A stretch of DNA of 64,000 nucleotides, taken from Candidatus Staskawiczbacteria bacterium. Its GTDB lineage: Bacteria; Patescibacteriota; Minisyncoccia; Minisyncoccales; Staskawiczbacteraceae. The position numbers and the translations under genes are program-made. Positions 28,295 to 37,186 of the stretch are shown here, one piece after another; positions within the stretch are counted from its first letter, which is position 1; every line of letters starts with the position of its first letter. The stretch is from contig JAPLZF010000009.1 in assembly GCA_026395175.1 (NCBI GenBank), positions 82,083-146,082 of the forward strand, read 5' to 3'. Under the pieces are notes generated by a model. It worked only from the letters and a program-made list of their open reading frames with translations, searched no databases and was not told the DNA's origin.

Positions 28295-29939
28295 GTTTTT
28301 CTGCTGTTTGTTTTTTTAATAATAGAGCGCAGATTTTTTTGCAAACAATCAAAGAAATTTCTTCTTTTTCTAAAAATTCTTTAACAACGTCTTCCAGTTC
28401 TTTTTGATTTATCGGGTCTAAAACTTTTATGTTTTTTACTCCGCAAGCCTTTGCAATTTCTTCAATTGAAAGTTCTGGGGCTTCTTCTCCCATCAAATTT
28501 TTTCCCATCCCGGGATTTGGCTGGTGCCCGGTCATTGCTGTAATTCTGTTATCCATTACAATCATCAAAGGGTTTGATTTGTTGTAAACAGCATTAACCA
28601 TTCCTGCAATTCCGGAATGAAAAAATGTGCCATCCCCCATAAAAGATATAACCTTTCGGCTTCGCTCAGGGCCTTCGGCCTTTAAAATGCCGTGGGCAAC
28701 ACCTATAGACGCGCCCATGCAAAACAAATAATCATACATTGAATGAGGAGGCAAAGCTCCAATCATGTTGCACCCAATATCTCCACCAAAAATTGTGCCT
28801 TCCGGGGCAATTCTTTTTATGGTTGGTAAAATATACCAATATGGGCAACCCTCACAAAGCCTTGCTGTTCTCTTTGGCAAATTCAAATTCTTTGTTTTAA
28901 ATTCGGCAAATTTCATTCCCACTACTTTTGACAAAGCGCCACAAACTTTTTCAGCGCTCAATTCTCCAATAATTGGCAAAACATTTTTGCCAAAAATTTC
29001 CATTTTTGCGTTTGCGTCTTTTGCCAACACAGCAATTTCTTTTTCAACATATCCTTCCAACTCCTCAACAACTAAAACTTTTTTTAATGGTTTTATAAAC
29101 TTTATAATTTTTTCTTTTGGTAAAGGATAAAAAGATCCAAGTTGCAAAACCGGCAAATCCAATTTCAATTCTTCCAAAGCCTCCATAACATGCAAACCTG
29201 CAACTCCCGAAGCTATTATTCCAACCTTCAAATTGTAGGACTTCGGGAGTCCTACAATTTTGTTGATTTTAGACTTTTCTGCATATGCCTGTATTTTTTT
29301 TATTTTTTCCAAAAGCTCTTTTTTCATTTCCAAGGTTCTTGGTGGCATTGTAGAATACTGATGCGGATTTTTGACGAAGTCACCCCGCGGAGTTTCAACG
29401 GAGTGGGGCTCATCCACCTCAACAACTGCCCGCTGGTGCGCGCATCTTGTAACAGTTCGTAAAATTACCGGCATATTAAATTTTTCAGAAATTTCAAAAC
29501 CAATTTTTGTAAAGTCGTAGCATTCCTGCGGATCTGCGGGCTCTAACATTGGAATATGGCCCAAATAAGCATACATTCTGGAATTTTGCTCAGATTGAGC
29601 CGAACTCCAGCAGGAAGGGTCGTCTGCCACCACAATCACCATTCCGCCTTTTGTGCCGGTGTAGGCCAATGGCAACAAAACGTCCGAGCACACATTAATT
29701 CCAAAGCTCTTCATATTCACCAAAACTTTCAAACCGGAAAAACTTGCTCCAATGGCAGATTCCAAAGCTGTTTTTTCGTTTGTAGCGTACTCTGCATAAA
29801 CCCCGTTTTCTTTGGCAATCTTGCCAAATTCGTCTCCAATTTCAGCCGATGGGCATCCGGGATATCCGGTAACATAAGAAACGCCCGATGCCAACGCCGC
29901 CCTAACTATTGCCTCATTCCCCAATAAAATTTTCTTCAT
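28284..29939 (-). CDS. iorA: Indolepyruvate:ferredoxin oxidoreductase alpha subunit (TPP-dependent)
   Basis: TPP-binding and CEGCPYW Fe-S motifs. Carries an in-frame 31-nt palindromic insert. Confidence 0.75.
   Translation of the reverse strand: MKKILLGNEAIVRAALASGVSYVTGYPGCPSAEIGDEFGKIAKENGVYAEYATNEKTALESAIGASFSGLKVLVNMKSFGINVCSDVLLPLAYTGTKGGMVIVVADDPSCWSSAQSEQNSRMYAYLGHIPMLEPADPQECYDFTKIGFEISEKFNMPVILRTVTRCAHQRAVVEVDEPHSVETPRGDFVKNPHQYSTMPPRTLEMKKELLEKIKKIQAYAEKSKINKIVGLPKSYNLKVGIIASGVAGLHVMEALEELKLDLPVLQLGSFYPLPKEKIIKFIKPLKKVLVVEELEGYVEKEIAVLAKDANAKMEIFGKNVLPIIGELSAEKVCGALSKVVGMKFAEFKTKNLNLPKRTARLCEGCPYWYILPTIKRIAPEGTIFGGDIGCNMIGALPPHSMYDYLFCMGASIGVAHGILKAEGPERSRKVISFMGDGTFFHSGIAGMVNAVYNKSNPLMIVMDNRITAMTGHQPNPGMGKNLMGEEAPELSIEEIAKACGVKNIKVLDPINQKELEDVVKEFLEKEEISLIVCKKICALLLKKQTAEKHDQ
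29230..29260. repeat. 31-nt palindromic element (family B), in frame inside iorA and encoding KIVGLPKSYNL
   Basis: aaattgtaggacttcgggagtcctacaattt, identical to 49235-49266. Confidence 0.7.
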
Positions 29940-29967
29940 AAATTTATTTTTATTTACTAAACTATTT

Positions 29968-30453
29968 TCAGTCCTCTTTTCCAGGGTTATCTAAATGTTT
30001 AATGATTTCGAAAGTTTTTCTCCCTCTATCATTATCTGCTTCATAAGCTAATTTCTCAGCCAATCTTTTTAAATCTTCCTTAGTTGATTGTTCATCGGGC
30101 ACCCACCCTTCTCTTGACCCCTGCCTTAAGATTTCTTCTGTTATTTTATGTATCCTGTTATCTTCAGCAAGTTGTTCTGGAGACATATTTTTGCGTCTTT
30201 TCTCATTAAATCTTCTTGTTTGTTCTCCCATTTCAGCATAATGTCGCGCCAACTCTACTTCTGATAATTCACCAAGTGTCTTTGACCTTCCTTTCCTATT
30301 TTCTTTAGCAAGGTCTTTTGGAGATAATCTTGCCCGTCTTTCATCGTCTTGTTTTAGCAACTCGTCCCATCTACGTTGCCTATCTGCATCTGATTCTTCA
30401 CCAACTTGTTTTGGCTCTGAATCTTTTTCAAAACCTGGATTTTCTATTGACAT
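29968..30453 (-). CDS. Hypothetical highly charged protein
   Basis: ORF only; K/E/R/D-rich. Confidence 0.45.
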   Translation of the reverse strand: MSIENPGFEKDSEPKQVGEESDADRQRRWDELLKQDDERRARLSPKDLAKENRKGRSKTLGELSEVELARHYAEMGEQTRRFNEKRRKNMSPEQLAEDNRIHKITEEILRQGSREGWVPDEQSTKEDLKRLAEKLAYEADNDRGRKTFEIIKHLDNPGKED

Positions 30454-30551
30454 GATTTTTCCTTTCTAATTACGATGGGTTAAATTTAATTTAACACAAA
30501 TTAATAAAAAGTATTATATAATAATATTGATTAATTTATTTATAACGAAAA

Positions 30552-31406
30552 TTATTTTAATTTTTTTATAGCTTCAGGCGTTTGTAAAAAATTATGTCCG
30601 TTGACAACCTTTTTGCCGGTTTTGGTTTCTAATTCTAATCGCGCATTTTTGGCGATACGTCCGCCTTTTTGGGCTGGAATCTTATTTTCTTCAAATCCTT
30701 TTGCTTTTTCGGTCTCAGCAATTTCTCGTGTGGAAAGCTCTGCTAAAGCTGTGAAAACCAATTCGGCATCTGTCATATGGTCTCGCAAATTTTGTGTTTT
30801 TAAATTTTTCAATTTTTTATGTTCTTTAACCGATAAGTCGCTCCATTCTTGATGGATAATATTTGTTAAAATGGCATACTCATCTTTTTCTTTGACTTCG
30901 TTGTCTTTCCAATAATCAGTTAATTTATTTCTAATTTCCTGGCCCATCATTCTTTGCTGAATCCATTTTTGGCTTCTGCCCATTCTTTGCCAATTTTTTC
31001 TTCCTCTGTCAATTGATTTTTCAGGGTCGGCTGTTTCCTGAATTCTTTCATAGCCAACCCGAGCCAGCCAAAGTTTTATTGGTTCGGCTTTTGGGCTTGG
31101 CACCGATTGAATCAAACGAAATAATGTTTCTGCATCAGCAGAATCGGTTAAATACAATTTTCCATCAGAGGCCGGCATTTTGAGTTGGTTACATTTTGTA
31201 ACCAAATGAAACCCTTCTTTTTTATGGCGATTTTTCAATACCTTCCAATAATTTCTTGCCAACTTAAAATCTGTTTGATCAGTCAAAACTTGGATAATAT
31301 CTACTACTGAAAAATACCATTTCTCTTTTTTCTCATCCCAAAGCCTGCGTATTTTTTGACCTTCAAATATCGCAAGTTGTTTATTTTTTAATTTTTTGCT
31401 TTTCAT
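30552..31406 (-). CDS. Bro-N / DinD-like (DNA-damage-inducible protein D family) protein
   Basis: N-terminal LAIFEGQKIRRLWDEKKEKWYFSVVDIIQVL resembles Bro-N. Confidence 0.5.
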   Translation of the reverse strand: MKSKKLKNKQLAIFEGQKIRRLWDEKKEKWYFSVVDIIQVLTDQTDFKLARNYWKVLKNRHKKEGFHLVTKCNQLKMPASDGKLYLTDSADAETLFRLIQSVPSPKAEPIKLWLARVGYERIQETADPEKSIDRGRKNWQRMGRSQKWIQQRMMGQEIRNKLTDYWKDNEVKEKDEYAILTNIIHQEWSDLSVKEHKKLKNLKTQNLRDHMTDAELVFTALAELSTREIAETEKAKGFEENKIPAQKGGRIAKNARLELETKTGKKVVNGHNFLQTPEAIKKLK

Positions 31407-31413
31407 ACAAAAC

Positions 31414-33864
31414 TCAAATAACTATATTAATTAATTTGTTTTGCACGTAAATTGTTTTTACAGATTTTTTATCGCCAATTAAGGCTTTTATTTTTTCAGA
31501 TTTCAAAACTAATTTTTCTGCATCTTTTTGTGCAATGCCGGCTTTAGCTTCAATCTTATCTCTTACCTTGCCGTTTACCTGCACAATCAAAAGCACATTT
31601 TCTTCTTCAATTAATTTTTCATCATATTTTGGCCATTTTTGTTCACAACACATTTCTTTAAATCCCATTCCGCTCCAAATTTCTTCTGCCAAATGCGGAG
31701 CAAAAGGAGATAAAATTTTCAAAAAGTCTGCCAAACCTTTCTTGTCCAGCCCTTCCTCTGAAACTTGCCATGCGTTCACAAATTCCATCATAGAGCTTAC
31801 AGCTGTGTTAAACTTCATCAGCTCAATATCTCCAGAAACTTTTTTAATTGTTTTATGTAAAATCTTTTCCAAGCTCTCACTGGTTTTAACAGCAACTTTT
31901 TTGCCGGCCAGGTTATAAATTTTTTCAACAAATCTGCGCGAGCCCACAACTCCTTTTGTATCCCAAGGAATCATTTGCTCAAAAGGCCCCATAAACATTT
32001 CATAAATGCGCAAAGTGTCGGCTCCCCATTGCTTTACAATTGTATCCGGGTTTATAACATTTCCCTTAGATTTTGACATCTTAATTCCGCCCTCGCCCAA
32101 AACCATTCCATGTGAAGTGCGTTTTTTATAAGGCTCTGGCCCCACAATTGTGGGAACGGCTTTAATATCCCACAAAAATTTAAAAATAAATCTTGAATAT
32201 AATAAGTGCAAAGTTGTGTGCTCCATTCCGCCATTATACCAATCAACCGGCATCCAATATTTTGTTATCGCGCCATCTGCCAATTCCTTGTTATTTTTTG
32301 GGTCTAAATATCTTAAATAATACCAATTACTGCCTGCCCAATTTGGCATTGTGTCTGTTTCTCGTTTGGCTTGGCCTTTGCATTTTTCGCATTTTACATT
32401 TACCCATTTATCAATTAAAGCTAAGGGCGACTCTCCTGTGTCTGTTGGCTTATATTTTTTTACATTTGGCAATTCAATTGGCAAATCTTTTTCAGCAACT
32501 GCCTGCCACCCGCATTTCTTGCAAAAAATCATTGGAATTGGCTCGCCCCAATAATGCTGTCGTGAAAATACCCAGTCACGCAATTTATAACTTACTTTTG
32601 GTTGGGCTAAACCCTTACCAGCCAGCCACATAATTATCTTTGGCCTGGCTTCTGCAGATTTTAAATCATCAAACTGCTGTGAATTATAAAGTGTTCCCTC
32701 TTCTTCAAAACATTCCTCTAAATTTTTAACTTTCTGCATTAATAATTCATCATCTGGCTTAATAGAAGTTCTCAAAGGTATGCCATATTTTTTTGCCATC
32801 TTAAAATCTCTTTTATCATGCGCATCGGCAAAAACAGCTCCCGTGCCATAATGCTCCAAAACAAAGTCAGCAGTCCACACCGGCATTTCTTCATTGGTTG
32901 CAGGGTTTCTTACCACAATTCCCTTCAACTGCACTCCTGTAATTTCTTTGTCCTGGTTGGTCCTGTCCATGTCAGAAACATTTTTTGCATCTTCCCTGTA
33001 TTTTAAAACTTCGTCAATGTTTTCAATTCTGCTTTTATATTTATCAATAAAATTATGACCTGGTGCCACAATTAAAAATGTTACGGAAAATATTGTGTCC
33101 ACTCTGGTTGTAAAAACATCAATATGTTCTTCAACTCCTTCAACAAAAAATTTAATCAAAGCTCCGTGGCTTTCCCCAATCCAATCTTTCTGCTGAGTTT
33201 TAATTTTTTCCAAATAATCTACATTATCCAAATCTTTAATCAGCCTGTCTGCATATTTTGTAATTTTTATCATCCATTGTTCTTTTTCTCTTTTTTCAAC
33301 TTTTGTTCCGCACCTTTCACATTTTCCATCAATGACTTCTTCGTTTGCCAAACCAATTTTATCTTTAGGACACCAATTAATATCAATTTTAGATTTATAA
33401 GCCAATCCATTATTAAACAGCTGAATAAAAATCCACTGCGTCCATTTATAATATTTGGGGTCTGTTGTGTTAATTTCACGGCTCCAGTCAAAAGACCAGC
33501 CCAAGCTTTTCATTTGCCTGCGGAATGTATCTGTATTCTTTTTTGTAACCACAGCCGGGTGTACTTTCTTTTTAATGGCATAGTTTTCTGTGGGCAAACC
33601 AAAAGCATCCCAGCCCATTGGGTACAAAACATTAAATCCCTGCATCCTGCGTTTCCTGGCAACCACATCTAAGGCAGTATAGCTTCTGCAATGGCCCACA
33701 TGAAGCCCAACTCCCGAAGGGTATGGAAACTCCACCAAAAGGTAGCATTTCTTCTTTTTAGAGCCATTTTTCGCCTTAAAAACACTTGATTTATACCAAG
33801 CATCCTGCCACTTCTGCTCTATTTTTTTAGGATTATATTTAATCATATTATTACATAATAACAC
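31414..33864 (-). CDS. leuS: Leucyl-tRNA synthetase
   Basis: HIGH (GLHVGH) and KMSKS motifs; editing and anticodon-binding domains. Confidence 0.9.
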   Translation of the reverse strand: MLLCNNMIKYNPKKIEQKWQDAWYKSSVFKAKNGSKKKKCYLLVEFPYPSGVGLHVGHCRSYTALDVVARKRRMQGFNVLYPMGWDAFGLPTENYAIKKKVHPAVVTKKNTDTFRRQMKSLGWSFDWSREINTTDPKYYKWTQWIFIQLFNNGLAYKSKIDINWCPKDKIGLANEEVIDGKCERCGTKVEKREKEQWMIKITKYADRLIKDLDNVDYLEKIKTQQKDWIGESHGALIKFFVEGVEEHIDVFTTRVDTIFSVTFLIVAPGHNFIDKYKSRIENIDEVLKYREDAKNVSDMDRTNQDKEITGVQLKGIVVRNPATNEEMPVWTADFVLEHYGTGAVFADAHDKRDFKMAKKYGIPLRTSIKPDDELLMQKVKNLEECFEEEGTLYNSQQFDDLKSAEARPKIIMWLAGKGLAQPKVSYKLRDWVFSRQHYWGEPIPMIFCKKCGWQAVAEKDLPIELPNVKKYKPTDTGESPLALIDKWVNVKCEKCKGQAKRETDTMPNWAGSNWYYLRYLDPKNNKELADGAITKYWMPVDWYNGGMEHTTLHLLYSRFIFKFLWDIKAVPTIVGPEPYKKRTSHGMVLGEGGIKMSKSKGNVINPDTIVKQWGADTLRIYEMFMGPFEQMIPWDTKGVVGSRRFVEKIYNLAGKKVAVKTSESLEKILHKTIKKVSGDIELMKFNTAVSSMMEFVNAWQVSEEGLDKKGLADFLKILSPFAPHLAEEIWSGMGFKEMCCEQKWPKYDEKLIEEENVLLIVQVNGKVRDKIEAKAGIAQKDAEKLVLKSEKIKALIGDKKSVKTIYVQNKLINIVI

Positions 33865-33886
33865 CGCTTTAACCTGTTTTAAAGTC

Positions 33887-33915
33887 TTGACATAATCAAC
33901 AAATATGATAATATT
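33887..33915 (+). promoter_or_regulatory. Sigma70-like promoter (TTGACA-17-AATATT) for the small GC-rich gene
   Basis: Consensus -35 with correct spacing, followed by AAGGGAGG-N7-ATG. Confidence 0.55.
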
Positions 33916-33943
33916 CAGTCAACACAACTAAGGGAGGTAACAC

Positions 33944-34153
33944 ATGAAAGCGAACGAAGCTGTTGACGCCTTGAAAAAAGGCACTGGACTGGTCGCTTTT
34001 CGACCAAGCTGGGAAAAGGGCGAGTATCTATTTGTTACGGGAGGAAACGGAAGTGCGTGGGACGTCCACGATACGTTCAAAAAACCTCGTACACAAAAGC
34101 AAATGCTCGCCGACGCAGAGGCCAATGACTGGAGGGTTCAACTACTTGTATAA
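33944..34153 (+). CDS. DUF2829-like small protein (Tad2-like fold family), GC-rich self-contained module
   Basis: EAVDALKKGTGLVAFRPSW...YLFV...SAW...MLADAEANDWRV fits the DUF2829 pattern; strong RBS. Confidence 0.55.
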   Translation: MKANEAVDALKKGTGLVAFRPSWEKGEYLFVTGGNGSAWDVHDTFKKPRTQKQMLADAEANDWRVQLLV

Positions 34154-34204
34154 TGGAGCCCCCTCCCAAACAGAACCGCCGAGGTTTCGACCCGGCGGTG
34201 AACA

Positions 34205-34237
34205 AAGCGCGAGACTTCGGTCCCGCGCTGTTTTATT
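34205..34237 (+). terminator. Intrinsic terminator (agcgcgagacttcggtcccgcgct then gttttattg)
   Basis: GC hairpin plus T-run, preceded by a second hairpin ccgccg...cggcgg. Confidence 0.6.
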
Positions 34238-34345
34238 GCACATTTAACTGCCATCACATTTCCAGCGATAGCATAAAATCTGACACCACCTATTTTACAT
34301 ACTTTTTAAAAATATTTCGGGTTAATGAGTATTAACCTGCGCGAA

Positions 34346-35182
34346 TTAAATATTAAATAATTTTTTAGCGTTTTGGGTGGTGGCATCTGCAACTTCGTCA
34401 AAACTCATGCCTCGTAAGTCTGCAATTTTCTGGATAACATGTTTTACAAAAATTGGCTCGTTTCTTTTTTCTCCAGCTTCAGGTGGAGCAAGGTAAGGAC
34501 AATCTGTTTCAGTTAAAAGTCGGTCCAAAGGAGCTTTTTTAATAACCTCATCAATATCAAATTTAAATATAATTCCATTGATACCAAGATAAAATCCCAA
34601 ATCCATATATTTTTGCGCCTGCTCCCAGCTTCCAGTAAAACAATGAATCACTCCGCGCAATTCGTTAACACTAGCAAGCCCTTTAAATCTACCCAAAATA
34701 TCAAGCACATCTTCGTGCGCCATTCTGCAATGAATAATAATAGGTAAATCTCGTTTAACTGCAAGATCAATCTGCTCAATAAAAACCTCTCTTTGCTTTT
34801 GCTTAAATTTTTCCTGCTTTGTAGCTCCTTTTGGTTTGTAATAATAATCCAAACCAATTTCTCCAATTGCCACAACTTTCGGCGATTTCAAAAGCTCTTT
34901 ATATTTTTGCCTATCAAATTCCTCGCCAAGCGGTTCAAATGCGCCCTCTTCCTCGTCCATTTTTAACTTCATCAAATCTGTTTTTATATGAATCGGATGC
35001 ATTCCAATTGCAGCATAAATTCCCTCATTCTTTTCAGCCAACTCAATTGCCAATTTTGAAGTTTCATATTTTGTTCCAACATCAATACAAACCACCCCCG
35101 CTTCTTTCGTGCGTTTTACAACCTCCTCCCTATCTGCATCATAGGCTTTAAAGCTTAAATGTGAGTGCGTATCAGTTATCAT
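34346..35182 (-). CDS. tatD: TatD-family metal-dependent hydrolase/DNase
   Basis: ITDTHSHL N-terminus; TIM-barrel metal ligands. Confidence 0.8.
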   Translation of the reverse strand: MITDTHSHLSFKAYDADREEVVKRTKEAGVVCIDVGTKYETSKLAIELAEKNEGIYAAIGMHPIHIKTDLMKLKMDEEEGAFEPLGEEFDRQKYKELLKSPKVVAIGEIGLDYYYKPKGATKQEKFKQKQREVFIEQIDLAVKRDLPIIIHCRMAHEDVLDILGRFKGLASVNELRGVIHCFTGSWEQAQKYMDLGFYLGINGIIFKFDIDEVIKKAPLDRLLTETDCPYLAPPEAGEKRNEPIFVKHVIQKIADLRGMSFDEVADATTQNAKKLFNI

Positions 35183-36672
35183 TTTTTGTTTTCTAGTCTC
35201 GGAAATAAAATTTCTGACCTGCCCTGAGCGGAGTCGAAGGGTTTTTCAACTACTTTTTTTATTTTTTCTGAAGTTTGTGGCAAAAATGGTTCCAGCAAAA
35301 TTCCAATTTCTTTTATAGCAAAAAATAAGTCATTAATAACTTCCATTTTTTTTGCCTGCCCAGAGCTGGTCGAAGGGGTTTCCCAAAGTTTTTCTTCATT
35401 TATATATTTGTCGCAAAAACTTATTATTTCCCAAACAGAAATTAAAGCTTCGTTAAATTTAAAACTTTCAATGGCTAATTTATAATTTTTTTGCGTTTTT
35501 TCAATTTGTTTTTTTAATTCTAAATTTGAAAATTTATTCGAAATTCGAAATTCAAAATTCGAAATTTTGTCTGATATTCCCAATGTTCTTGCTACCAGAT
35601 TGCCAATACCGCCGGCTAAATCGGCGTTGTATCTTTGCTCAAATTTTTCGTATGTAAAATCACCATCCTCTGCAGAGACGATTTCTCTTAACAAATAATA
35701 TCTAACTGCATCAACTCCATATTTGTTTACCAGCTCAAAAGGGTCAACTACATTTCCCAAAGATTTTGACATTTTTTGCCCGCCAACATTTATAAATCCA
35801 TGAACAAAAATCTTTTTAGGGAGAGCAAGCTTAGCCGACAAAAGCATTGCTGGCCAAAATATGGTATGAAACTTCATTATATCTTTGCCTAAACAATGAA
35901 CGTCTGCTGGCCAATATTTTTTGAATTGCTCTGTTTCATTGTCATATCCAATAGCCGAAATATAATTTGGCAAAGCGTCGCACCAAACATACATTACCTG
36001 TTCTGGGTCTCCCGGAACTTCAAACCCCCAATATTTATCTTTTGTTCTGGAAAAGCTTACATCTTCCATACCTTGCTTCAACATTGATAAAGTTTCATTC
36101 TTTCTAGACTCGGGAATAATTTCTATTTCGCCACTCCTAATTTTTTCTTCCACTTCTTTAGTATATTTTGAAAGCCTAAAAAAATAATTTTCTTCTTCAA
36201 CAAATTCCAGCTCTTTCAAATGTATAGGACACTTGCCATCAACTATTTCTTTTTCTGTTTTAAATGCCTCGCATCCTGGGCAATAATAACCTTTATATTT
36301 TTTCTTATAAATATCGCCTGCTTCATCTAATTTTTTCCAAAGCTTTTCTACTGCTGGCTTGTGCTTTGTTTCATCTGTGGTTCTTATAAAGTCATTATTT
36401 GATATATTTAAAATTTTTGTCAGCTCTCTAAATTTGCCAGAAATTCCATCGGCAAAATCTTTTGGGTCACGGCCCGCTTCTCTCGCCACCCTTAAGGTTT
36501 TAATGCCGTGTTCATCTGTGCCGGTCAGGAAAAAAACATCTTCACCTAAACACTTATGATATCTTGCCAAAACATCTGCCTGAATTGCCTCCAACGCAAA
36601 GCCAATGTGCGGAGGCGCATTTGTGTAGGGAATGCTGGTGGTGATATAGAATTTTTTGTTTTTATTTGTCAT
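35179..36672 (-). CDS. metG: Methionyl-tRNA synthetase
   Basis: PYTNAPPHIGH and KMSKS motifs. Start moved to MTNKNKK. Carries in-frame repeat inserts from families A and C. Confidence 0.85.
   Translation of the reverse strand: MTNKNKKFYITTSIPYTNAPPHIGFALEAIQADVLARYHKCLGEDVFFLTGTDEHGIKTLRVAREAGRDPKDFADGISGKFRELTKILNISNNDFIRTTDETKHKPAVEKLWKKLDEAGDIYKKKYKGYYCPGCEAFKTEKEIVDGKCPIHLKELEFVEEENYFFRLSKYTKEVEEKIRSGEIEIIPESRKNETLSMLKQGMEDVSFSRTKDKYWGFEVPGDPEQVMYVWCDALPNYISAIGYDNETEQFKKYWPADVHCLGKDIMKFHTIFWPAMLLSAKLALPKKIFVHGFINVGGQKMSKSLGNVVDPFELVNKYGVDAVRYYLLREIVSAEDGDFTYEKFEQRYNADLAGGIGNLVARTLGISDKISNFEFRISNKFSNLELKKQIEKTQKNYKLAIESFKFNEALISVWEIISFCDKYINEEKLWETPSTSSGQAKKMEVINDLFFAIKEIGILLEPFLPQTSEKIKKVVEKPFDSAQGRSEILFPRLENKK
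35222..35241 (+). repeat. Repeat family C copy in the metG C-terminus (KPFDSAQGRS)
   Basis: ccctgagcggagtcgaaggg. Confidence 0.6.
35359..35377 (+). repeat. Repeat family C copy in metG (PSTSSGQ)
   Basis: cccagagctggtcgaaggg. Confidence 0.6.
35523..35568. repeat. Heptamer repeat family A array, in frame in metG (ISNFEFRISNKFSN)
   Basis: aatttgaaaatttattcgaaattcgaaattcaaaattcgaaatttt. Confidence 0.65.
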
Positions 36673-36706
36673 AATGTATAAATTATATAATCTTAACACT
36701 TTTTTT

Positions 36707-37180
36707 ATGATTCTGTTAGTCCATCTTTTATTTGGAACGGCAATCGGGTCTGCGGTAAACAACGTTTGGCTGGCTATTATTTTAGCCTTTATAAGCCATT
36801 ACCTTTTAGACCTCCTCCCCCATATTGAGTATAATATCCAAAATATAGAACAAAAACAATGGCACAAAGCCCTACCGGACATTTTAAGAGTAATTTTAGA
36901 TTTTTGTCTGGGAATTTTACTTATATTTATCTTATCTAAGAATAATCCTATTATTTATATTTGCGCCTTTTTTGCCTTACTGCCGGACGGCTTAACTGTT
37001 TTTAATACTCTTTTTCCAAACAAAATTTTAGAACCTCTCCAAAAATTTCACATAGAAAAAATCCATTTCCTAAAAGAAAACCCTTCGACAAGCTCAGGGC
37101 AAGAAAAAATCTCCACTTTCTGGAGAATTTCAACTCAAGTCGTAGTAATTATAATTTCTATAGTTTTATTTAGAATATAG
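36707..37180 (+). CDS. Membrane-bound metal-dependent hydrolase-like protein (DUF457/YdjM-like)
   Basis: LVHLLFGTAIG...SHYLLDLLPH pattern in a polytopic membrane protein; start moved to the internal ATG. Confidence 0.5.
   Translation: MILLVHLLFGTAIGSAVNNVWLAIILAFISHYLLDLLPHIEYNIQNIEQKQWHKALPDILRVILDFCLGILLIFILSKNNPIIYICAFFALLPDGLTVFNTLFPNKILEPLQKFHIEKIHFLKENPSTSSGQEKISTFWRISTQVVVIIISIVLFRI
37091..37109 (+). repeat. Repeat family C copy, in coding orientation (NPSTSSGQ)
   Basis: cccttcgacaagctcaggg. Confidence 0.6.
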
Positions 37181-37186
37181 CGAGCG

